Origin: Raillietiella orientalis
Lineage: Eukaryota
Length of the DNA: 64,000 nucleotides
NCBI GenBank assembly: GCA_036172245.1
Contig: JAYWIR010000001.1
Location: 1,984,001-2,048,000, forward strand
Direction: 5' to 3'
Within the stretch, counting starts at the first letter, position 1; each line of letters begins with the position of its first letter. This document shows, piece after piece, positions 26,101 through 37,700 of the stretch. The position numbers were made by a program, and so were the translations under genes. Under the pieces are notes generated by a model that was not told the DNA's origin, ran no database searches, and saw only the letters and a program-made list of their open reading frames with translations.

Positions 26101-29100
26101 CGGGGTGGCATCCGCAGCTCAGCCGGAGCAGGCAACCACCGTAACCATCGCGACGGCGCATCGGCGTCGCTCGCGGAAGCAGTGCCGTGATTTGGGGACC
26201 GCGCGACACCCTAAAGACCCTCGTTCCGAGGCGTCGGCGGCAGCTCTCGGGTGTCTCCGGGCGTGTCACGTCCGCGTGGCAGCACGGAATTTGCCACCTC
26301 GAGCTGCACTGTTTGGGAAACCTCGACGGATGCGGAAACGGGGCAGGCAAGACCTTTTCTGCGTCGGAAGACACGCGGGGGAAGTCGCGGAGGCGCGCAC
26401 TGCAAAATCATCCCCCGGCTCTCTCTCTGCCTGCCGTAGCAACGACGGCGATCGGACGCTGATTACAAAAGGGAAAAAAGCAACGCCGGAAGGAAAGCAG
26501 CGACGGTCGGACGGGGCCGGACCGATGGTGCGCCGCCACCCGGCCGCAGAGGGGCGCGCGGCGGGAGTCCGTTTCCGCCCCGCTGGCTCTTCCCTCGCCT
26601 GCACGCCTCGCTGCCCCCATCTCGCGGAGTTCCGTCGAACCTCTCCGGTCCGTTCCCGAAGAGGAACCGCGCGCGACTGTCTCGTTGCGAACGGCACAGC
26701 TGCTGCTCATCTCCTGCCGGCCCCGCTGCCCGCCCTTCTGCGCCACGGGCGCACTGACCGCAAGCGTCGCCGAGCACCGTCGGGAACTCCCCTTCCCCAT
26801 CCTGGGAGGTTTGCACGTTCCATGCGCTCGTGACCTCCAGCTAAGGACTCCGATCTCTTCCTCAGAGAGGGTTAGCGCAGCGTAACAAACGCGCGTTGCA
26901 TTTGCAAAAGCACGACTGACCACTCTCGCCAGAGGGTGTTTTTTTGTTCGTTTGTTGCCGTCTCCCCTCTCAACTCGGCGCGACGGCCTCGTCTCGATGT
27001 TCGATGGCCCCGAATGACAAGTGGCAACGTGGTTTCTGCGAACGGTCAGCTCGCCACTTCGGAATCCGTGCCACGGGCATGAGTCGATGCCCCCCCTTCC
27101 TCGGGGACGAAAAGCAGCGAACCAGCAGCGCGGACCGCACCGCTGCTGGCATCTCTTGGCGGATTTGCGAAGGTGGCACCTGGTATCGCTGGCGGCGACC
27201 GCCTCGTCACCTGCACGAACCCGCCCCTGCGTGCCCACGCTCAGGGTCAGGTCAGGAGGGATCCCACCGCGCGTCCCATCTCGTGGGATACGCGCGAACT
27301 CCGTTGCGCCGTTCTGTTCGTAGAAGGAGAAGGGGAGCACTTCGATCAGCCCTCCACCAATTTTGTTTGGGTGCCACGCAGGCGATTTTTTTCTCCTTTT
27401 TCCTTTCCTTTTTTCTTCCTGTGCAGCTGCGATTCTCCTAGCAGCTTTCCCTCTCGGTGCAGTCCCCATGCAGGGGGAGCCCAGCAACCACTTCAAAGAA
27501 GCCAGCGCGGCGTCGTAAACCTGGAAGTCCAAGCTCGCCATTCTTTGCCCAGCAACCAGTCACCTTTCCTTTAAACAAACGCAGAGTCAATGTTTAAAGG
27601 AGCAGACTTCAGGACGGAACCACCGAAATCACTACCTTAAAATCCACTCAAAAACACACACACGTTCAATGCACATAAGCATTGGTTTGGATAAAGATGC
27701 ACTCAGCTGTGCGCCTTTTTCAAAACAAAAAAAACGAAAAAGTAAAATGCATGATGCCATCGATGAGGATGCTTGTGTAATACTTTGTAGTACTTATTTT
27801 ACAAAGGCGAGCAGAAAGGTGGTCGGCCGGCGATTTGCCGAATCTTGCCATTCCAGCCCCCCCTTCAGTTCGGGGGAGACTCCGGTCTGTCTACTCGCAC
27901 CTGACTCCACCCCAGACTTGCAGTCAGACACCCAGGGACCGGGGTCTAATTTACTTGACCAGGGTTGCCAATTTAGCGTTTTCCCCGCTATGTCTGGCGT
28001 TTTGGAGAACCTATCTAGCGGCTAAAAAATGTTTTATCATGCCGAGCGGGAATTCTGGCGGTTTTTTTCATAATCGCTGGGGCCGCCGAAGTTTATGGTT
28101 TCTTTTCGTGTTTGCAAAGAAAATTTTCAATGATGGATGTTGGAGAAAGTCTTAAATAGAATTCCGGATCTTTTATCCGCCCCTGTTTCCGTCTTGGCGG
28201 GTGTGGGGGTCACATGAATAAGTTATTGCATAGTTGATGAAGATTGTCGAGGAAAACGACTGCCTAATTATCAAAACATTTCGATATTTAAATTGTGGGA
28301 AGGAGGTAATAAGAGCGGCAGTGCAGTGCTCTCCTTACAAACGTAACGTGCAGCAAAGGCTTCATAACATAAATGTCACGTGATAAACAATTATTACTTG
28401 TTAGCTTGCTAGCATTTCATTTTTGTATTATCGAATCTGAAGACTACATGGCATCAAGTGATTTAATAATAATAATAATAAATTCCTAGGTATGAAAATC
28501 TTGAGATCTTTTTTGAAAAATGGCAGGATTTGAAGGACATCTAGCGAGATTCCATTAACTTGTGTTGGCAACCCTGGCTCTGAGGTTTGGCGTCCCTCGC
28601 GAGTCGCTCCCTGTTGTTCCTTTTGGAGGGAAATCGGACTTGGCTTCTTGGCAAAAAGGGCAATTATAAACGTAATTGTAGAGGATAGAGGGGGGAGGGG
28701 GGGAGAACTCGATTTCCCATTTAGGGGCACGAAAGCGCCATTCGGATTAGCATTTTCGCATTATTTCTATTTCCGGGCAATTCTTACGGCGCATACAAAG
28801 TAACACCAATTCATCGCTGGGTCCACGTGCTCTGTTCCTGTTTGTCGCCCTGGTAGGGAAGGAGCCTCTCCTTCCTTTCTCTGCGATCCCTGTCGACGTT
28901 GCCCGCTCGAACGCGGGCGGGAGGGAAAGTTCGCTTTCGATGCACGGCGCCAGCAAGAAGTCAAAACGTGTGGACTGACAACGTCGCAGAGGTCCCAAGG
29001 AACGGACGGAAACGCCTTCTTACGATTTCGTCGGCCGAGTTGATTTCTGCCGTTCCCGAAGACTTATTGGAAAAGTTCCATAGAGTCACGAATCCCTTCC

Positions 29101-32100
29101 GGAACTTGGAATTGGCAGGGAGAAGTGTGAATCCCGAAATTCGGACGGTGTCAAAGTCAAGTACGCGTGATCGGGAGGGGGAACACTGCAAGCCCATAGA
29201 AGACCTCCCGGGAACCCATCTTTCGCTTTTTTCAGGCCAGCAAAAAGGGAAGAAAGGATGCGGTACCGAAGCGCAGAGACCTTGCACGTTCGTCTCTTTG
29301 CTAGGAGGTCCCGGAGAGTCATCCGTCCCCGCAGGCCTTCCTGCAGCTGTGGAAGTGCAATGGAAGTGTCACTAACTACAGGCCCTACGGGACACAACGA
29401 GGAAGACAGGCGGGAGGTAACCTCTTTAGCAAGGGCGTTCGAACGCCGGGGCGAAGAGGGAACCACCTAGCCGACAAACCATCCACTCCGGGCAACGACG
29501 GCAGGGACAGTCAGCCCCTTCGCCGCTGCCGGACTTTCCCCAGCTCTTCCCCTTCCTCCTTTCACTCAAGAAAGCATCCCTCCGACTCCAGATGTTCCCA
29601 TCCCTCCGGCGCCACATCTCCGTCCCGGGCCCAGGAAGAAAACTGCGCCCCGGTGCTCATCAAAATCCCGAACGATCATAAAAAATAGATACACCTTTTT
29701 ATCATATATAATGAACACATATTACATGAATGTATGAATATCGACTTATAAACATGTACATTGATCCTTTAATTTCTTTAATATATATATATCTTCATAG
29801 CATGCTAATACATATTACTAATTATATTCAATAATATTAATATATATGAATATTCATAAGCATATGTAGAATTATATGTACATTAAAATACATAATAAGC
29901 ACATGTTTATTTTTTATGATCTTTATAATCTGTATTAATCTATATATAAAACACATAATAAACATGTACATTTATTTCTGCAATCTTATAATATACATTA
30001 ATCTTTAAATTAATCTCTATACAAATATCTATATGCATATGTTCATAACAAATAAATGTAGATATTTATTAAACATATTTATATTATAAAGATTATAACA
30101 AATAAATGTACATGTGTATTATGTATTTTATGTATAAATTAATACAGATTATAAAGATCATAAAAAATTACATATACATTTATTTTCCATGAATTTTATA
30201 ATATATATTAATCTCTGTATAATAAACATATGTATTTATTTGTTATAATCTTTATGATGCACATTAATATATATATATATGATGAGCATATGTATTTGTT
30301 TGTTATGATATCTGGGAATTCTGAACCCGACCTCTGCGACCCTCCTCAAGGCAGACTCAGATGAATTGCAATGTCGGCGTTTGAGGGTCTCGCAAGTTTA
30401 CGTGGGATCGCCTTGGAAACCCGGGGATCGCCGCACTCGTGAAAGAACAGTCGCAACGTCGATTCTTTTCCCCATCGGGAGGGACCGAAGCCCTCCGTGG
30501 CATTCATAGGGCAGAGTCGAGCAAGGAAGAGGGTGGGCCACTCTGCAGATCAGCCCAAGGCGGCCAGCCTGCATCGAAAGAACCGCAGGTTGCGCCGTGC
30601 GTGCCCGGAGGGAACGGCGTCCAGGACAGCTGCTGCGCCTCTCAGGGCAGAGAGCAGTGCAGTCAGCCTCCCCAGTGGACGCCACCCCGGTCCTGGAGGA
30701 TTCCCTCATCGATCCACACGCATCAGCCGCTCGAGGAAGGAAGAGGGAAGGGAAAGAGGAAGCTGTCCCCAGGCGAGGAGTCCGGATCGCAGCTTCTCCG
30801 TCCAGCAGCAGCAAGCCTTGGCCAGTTTGGACGAAGCTACACGGGCAGGCCACGTGAGAGGCTTGGCAACGCCGGAAGCAGCCGCAGCAGCATTGCATGA
30901 ACGTCGTTCTTCGGCAGGCCGCGGTTGGCAAACGCCTCTCGCGAAGATTCCCCTCCCCGAGATCAAGGACAAAACATCCGGAGGGGTTGCTGGGAAACGG
31001 AGAAGCGGAAGTCGAGCGCCCAAGAGGGACGCAGCCTTCTCCTGACGGCGGCGTCCCATGGGACCCCCTGTTGACACCCCAGGGCAACAGGCAACAGGGC
31101 GGCATGGTACAGGCCCGCATCCTCTCGTTTCCCCGCAACGGTTGCGGCCAGCTAGCTGCCCGGCCGGCTCTCCTTACGGAGACCTCGGCGACCTGTGGTT
31201 CACTCACAGCTCACCAGGGAGCGCGCAGTGCCGCTCTTGTGAAAGAGCGGCTCTGCGCGCGGGACGGGGGAAGGGAAAGGACATTGTCAAACAGGTCATA
31301 GGTCAAAGAGGGAGGACACTCCCGCGCCCCACATAAAAGAAAACTAAGACACCCGGAACTGCGGCGCCGAAGAGGGCGCAGAGTTTCCGGATGCGGCGAT
31401 GGGTCGCGCCGGACACGCTGCTGCTGCAGAGAAGCCGGCCGCCCCCAGGAAACGTCAAGGACCTCGCGACAACCGGCGCAGAGGGTAACCTTCCCCGGGG
31501 AAGCAAGCGGAGGCGGTTTCCTCATCCTCCCGTTATCTGTTTCGAGTCCCGGAGACCGGCGCAGCGTCTGCACTCTGGGGGAGGTGGCCACGAAGACGTG
31601 CTGCATCGCTAGCGGCATCATGGAAAAGGGCGACCGCGCACCGTTAGTCTGTCACCCCCCCGACCGATACGGCGACTCTGGCGGAGCACGGAGAGGGAGG
31701 CTTCGGGGCACGCGTGGACCCTCGATAAAACGCGCGCGGTTGTGACATGACCTAAGGTCGATCGCGGAGAAGCGACTTTCTCCCTCGGAGCGAGCGCTTT
31801 CTCCTCCCCCGTTACAAAAATAGCATGGCTGCCGTTTGCTTGGAAAAGCGCCGCTGAGCGACCCTGCAGGCGAGGCCTCATTCCGGACCAGGTTAGGGAG
31901 GTTGGGGTGGGGAGGGGAGGGGAGCGAAGCTGCACTCTAGGGTAGCAGAGGTCGCATTCGAGCTCTTGCTCAAGAACCACGGGTGCGGAGAGCAACGCAC
32001 GCGCTTCTGGTCAGCTTGCCGGGGGAACAAGCGGACCTCCTCCAATCAGATCGCTGCGAATAACGGCGAGCAACTGACTCCCCGCTCGAGCGCGAGAGGG

Positions 32101-34713
32101 CAGGCCGCCAGCCTCGTTTCCTGCTTGAAGCAGCCGTTCCACGTTTCTGCCGGCATCCTGAGACGATCGTCATTAATCTTGCCGTTCGGACCTGAGGCGG
32201 ACAGCATCTTCTCTCTCTTCTCCATCTTTGCAGACACTTTCCTCTTCGCCTCCGGTAAACTGCGCGTGCAGGGACACTTCGTGTCAACTCCCCCCATCCG
32301 CTTCGAAGACGCTTGCGAAAAAACGGTCTCTTGTTTGCCCAAGCGAGACAGAGTTTTCGGGAAGGGAGGGGGGTAGGGGGATCTACGAGTTGCTACCTGC
32401 AGGGAGGGGAAAGATGATCCCTCACACGAGGCGTCCAGGTGCTCCCAAGGCGCGGGTCCGTTTTGCTCGAAGCTGGTTGTCAACACGAGGTGCACACGTT
32501 CAGGCTGTTATTTTACGTAGGGGCCCCCTTGCGCGAACGAGGGGTAGTTCATTCTGGACCCTCTACCCCCTCGTGTTTACAGAGTCCGCGAAGACCAGAA
32601 ATGCCCTCGGCACAACCACGCAGACAGCGCGCGCGCGCGCACGAAAGGGAATCTGGGTCGTGCTGCCGCCGCCTAGTTGTTTTGCCCGGCAACGGGGAGA
32701 CGGAGAGGGAAGAAGCCGTTGGAAATGTTTGCTCCCCAATGGGGTGAGCAAAGCGGTGCAACGCCCCTCCGTTCCGGTATGTAACTGTTTTCCCTGGCTT
32801 TCGCAGACGCGAAGGGCTCCTCCTGCAGCCGGCAAGTCTTCCGTGGACTGGCGTGCGCCGAAGGAAGCCCGGCCGCAAGAGCGACATCGGAACCGGAAGC
32901 TTTTCTTTCCCGCGCATCAGGGTCCGAGGAGCCGCTGCGCTTTTAAATCCACCGAAGAAAGGAAGACCCAAGAAATGGCGGCAGAGACTTGGAACACTTC
33001 CAGCGATGGTTCCGCTCGGGGCAGCACCCAGGATTTTCAGGAATGGGAGTTTGATGCAAAAAGAAAGAAAAACGGTTGTTGCGTCCTCAGCATGGAGGCA
33101 GCTGGGGACACCGGTTCATCACCATCCGTTCATTCTGCGTCATTCGTTATGCGGAGGACACTCGTTTACCCGCCTTGGTTCGTGGCCGACGTCTTCGCGT
33201 GCGGGAGGGCAGCGATTCGCGGGCGCGACGGAAGTCGAGATTCGCGGAGCACAGCGGCCTCCCATTCATCCACGGACCAACTTCCGGCGTTGTCCCTTCC
33301 GTTCTCTCCTGCGTCCCATATCTTTTCCGATCATCTTCCAGATCGCTTCCGTCCCGAGGCCGCACCACTCGATTCGTGAAGACATCGGGAAAAACTCGAC
33401 ATTTCTTCCAAGACAGAGATGGTCATCTGTATCCCGGATGAGAACAGAGGCCTTCGTTCGTCTAATTTGCCAGCTCTTATCCTGGGGCAGCTGTTCCATT
33501 GCGATATTCTTCTCTGAATCTTTTTAGACAGACACGAGGTCGAATTCGAGACGGCATGGCACGGTCTGACCAGCACACTACAGAGGCGGTCCAGGCAGGA
33601 GGTCTCGAGCCGTGAAAAGAGGATGCGAGAATGACTTCTTGTTTGTGGTACCCTCTTCACGTTTCGGGGAGAGTGACCGGCGTTCCGTGAGGATCCTTCC
33701 TGACACGAATTTGTCCCCAAGGATGGGGAAAGACCCTGCCTCATGAACCCCCCTCGCGCTGTTGGGGATCTTTCGGAAAGCTACCGCGTGGTTTCTAAGA
33801 CCGAGCTAAGACTTGAGCCACGGAAGCAGTCCCTTCTCTGATTTTTGAGGTTCGAGAGCGAGACCAAGAAGGCTTCCTCTAAAGCTGAAGAAACCAATGG
33901 ACGTATCCGAGCGGGCCGACAATCTGAACTGAGCACGAAACGTCTGGCGATTGCGTCGTCGGAAGCACCGATAACAGGAACAGAAGGGTCAGAAGGGTGC
34001 AGAGAGCGGGGACGCATTCCAGGGTGCCAGAATGAATTCTTCTTCCCCGCACGCTCGCCCTACAGACAAAAAATTCTCGAAAGCGCCACTGGAGCCGGAC
34101 TACTCAAGCGGAGGCGAGTAGAATCGGGTGCTTCAACAGGGATGCCACATCACTGTTGGCGCAGCAACGCGAATCCGGTTCAAAATCCCGAAAGCTCATA
34201 AAAAATAAACACGCGTGCTTATTCTACATGGATTAATACACAAACTTATTTTAATACACATAGTTATTCATATTTATTAATGTACACGTTATTGACGGTA
34301 ATATTATTGGAACAGATACACTTATTAACATTGTATTGACATTATTAATAAATTATTGATACATATATTAAGGATTTTAAAAAATAAACAGATATCCTTA
34401 TTATATGTATTCATATATGTATTTTTATAAAGATTGACATATGGATTAGTATAGATCATGAAGATTATGAAAAACAAATATATACGCTTATTACATGCAT
34501 TTATGTACATAAGGATAAATACATATGGATCCATATAGATATGTACATCATGAAAATTATGAAAAATAGATACACATGCTTATTATATGCATTGTTATAT
34601 ATATTTACACCCACTTCATGTATTTATCTACATATATTTATTTATATTCAAATCTATATACTCTCTATAAATATTAATGTATATTGGAACATGTATTTTT
34701 ATTTTTTAAGGAC

Positions 34714-34749
<36 letters not shown>

Positions 34750-37700
34750 ACAATATCATTGACAGCTTAATAATTTGATTAATGAAACGTATGTCATTGA
34801 ATCTTAATAAATATATAGGTAACTGTTAATAATATGTACGTTAATAAATAGGAATAAGTATACATATCAAAATAGATTTGCATGTTAATCCATGAGGAAC
34901 AAGCGCGCGCGTGTGTTCCTTTTGTGGTCTTTAGCGATTTGGACGGCACCACGAGAGGAGGTGCCAGCCGAAGTTCAGCAGTCTTCATGGAGCCGCACAT
35001 CTCCAAGTCGTCCGACGACGGCGACTACGACTCTTCTGCGCGGGAGGGAAGGGGGGAGGAGAAGGGTGGAGGCAAAGCGACGCGGTTGCCGCGCGACGGG
35101 ACGATGCGCGCGCGGTCGCTGGGTCTACCGGTCGGCCAGAGGAGTCGCGAGAAGCCTGGCCGGACGCGCACCGGTGCGGGAGGGATAATGATGGGGTTTC
35201 CGCTTCCGGTCGGCGCCCTGCCGATCCTACCTGGAATTCCAAGGTCTCCCGGACCGTCAGCCCGGGCAGCAGGAAGTAGTCGGTGGAGACGAAGGAGCAG
35301 ATCTCCTGGAACAGCTTCCTGGTGACCGGGACGTTGTTTAGAAGGACTTGCCCGGCTTTCATCCCAGAAGACTTGCAAGCCATCGTCCGCAGCAGTTCCA
35401 GCTTGCCGCTCCCTTGAAAGGAAAGTCGAAGAAGGAACGGAGGCGTCGAAGCTTCCGAGACCTCGCCCGCTTCCCCAAGGGGTTAGGGGGATCCGAGGCA
35501 GGACTCCTGACCACCTGACTAATCCCTCGGACTGCTCCTCGGTCGTGCGCATTGAAGCTATCCCGACATGAGTGCGGACGCGCCGGCGGCCGAGGGTTGC
35601 CTGGCGACGTTTTCGCGTACCGCGGGAAAGCGGGGAGGAGGAAGACGAAAGAAGATTCGAGCTCGGCAGCCGGGAGAAGCGGACCTGACAGACCTCCCCC
35701 TCCTTGGGTGAGCCAGCAGCCGACGAGGCCGGAAGGGAAGGAGATCCTTGCTTGAACTAAACTCGAAGCACGTGCGTTTCCGGGGCGACCCGCTCCTCCG
35801 TCGAGTGCTGCCGGAAGTCCTCGGCTCTACATCGGCCCTCGGGAAGGGATGGAATCTCCCTGTCCCGACTACTCCTGCAGGAAGACATGCCGGAAATCCC
35901 GGCGGTCTCCTCTTCCTAGTCTCCCGGAAGGACATCCGTCCCTCCGCGCGACCGCACATCCTCGGTGATCCCCCCCCCTCCCCCAAAGACATGAAAGGAC
36001 GGCTCTCTCCCTCAAGAAGGATAGGAGAGAGAGAGGAAAAAAGACAGGACCTTCACTCCATCGTCCTGTAGTCGTGGGGTGTTCCGAGGAGAGCTGGACG
36101 GGAAGGAGCAGCTCAGAGATCGACCCCTCTACGGGCCAGAAGTCAAGACTCCGGCAGTCATCTCGAAGGATCACGCCAGAGGGCGCAGCTGCCCACTGCC
36201 AATGCCAAGTCTGCGCCAGTCTCTTAGCCGGCAGTTCGGATGGAGCACTCGTCCCATCCGAGGTCGCGGCTCCCTTCTCTTGGGACAGACTTTTCCCAGG
36301 GTCAACCCCCTCCCCTTCGTCCCCATCCGCACGCCTCTCTTCTTTCTCATCCTGCAGCCCCCGTCTCCTGGAACCGTTCGCAGAGGAAGCCAGGGAAGGA
36401 CCCCGCCCTTCCACCCTTTCCACAGCGAAGAGAACGTCCTGTAGACTTCTGGAGTGGCCGGGGAACGCGCGCGGCACTGTTTCCCCCTCTCCCCCCTGCA
36501 GCGCCATCTTGACCGTCCTGAAGCGGACCTATGGAAGGGAATCTCAGAGACGAGACTGAGAGGAGACGAGGGTTCCGTCCGTCCGGACGAGCAACCCGGC
36601 TGGTGGGAAAGGTCTGGGAGCGATTTCAAGACGGGGTTCGAGGGTCCGCGCCGCAACCCGTTGCCTGGGCAACGGCATTCCTTCCCTCTTCTCTCTTCCT
36701 CCTTCCTCTTCTTCCCCCTCCTCCCTCCGTCTCTTCCTCCTTTTCCTCCCTTTCTTCTCCTTCTCTTCCCTTTTTCCTCCTCCTCCGATGAGCAGTTGCG
36801 CGGAATCCACCGGAGGCTCCCCCGCGAGTTAGCGATGCAGTCGTCTCCAAGGGGAGCGACGGAGGATCCGGGTGCCTCCGGATTTGCAGTCGCTGGACCA
36901 CTAGAGAGCCTTCGGTGGAAATGACTGAAGGCGGTGGAGCGAACGAAAGGATTAGGGGGGGGGGGGGGAAGAGAGAGAGAAAGAGAGAAAATGTGCGCGC
37001 TTTCCAGACAGCAGGACCGCCCATCCCCGCGTCCCGACAAGCCTTGCAGCGTTGCCGGCGACAGCGGTGCCCCTCACGTGACTTCTCGGACGTCCAAGGA
37101 GACACGGGCCGGGGTTCTCCGGCGGCCGCCCTAGTTCCAGCCGGCCTTGGGTGTCGGTCCCCTCACGTCGGGAACGGGAGGACAAGGGTCAAGACGCCGC
37201 TCCAGTAGCAGCTTCCTGTTTCGGCTGAGCTCCTCGAAAGGGTGCATGCTGATGATGAGCCGCGCGCGCTCTCAGCAGATCGCGGACGTCCCGGAGACGC
37301 TCCGCCGGCGCTCTTCCGCAAGCCCCGCACCCACGCCATTAGCAGATCACGAATGCGGCGCCGCGTACGTGCGCGTTCCGCCTTGGCCATGCGAGGGGCT
37401 CCCGGCCGCGTGGGGTCGACGCGCCCGCCCGCTCGCGGCGGCGGAGCTTCCCGCAGCGTTGAAGCGGAGGCCGCCGACGCGAGCAGCTTCGTTGAGCGCT
37501 CAGCAAGAGGCACATCCCCGGACCGGCATGACCTGCGACCCGAGAGCAGCAGCAGCAAAGAGGCGACAAAAACCCAAAGCTCGCGTGCTCCGCCGTGCTG
37601 GTGTTCGGGAGCGGACGGCGGCCAGAGCTTCCGTGCTGCGCACCTCGGATGCACGCGGGAACGAACACGCGCGCCCTGCGGCGACGACGGCGGCGCGGGA

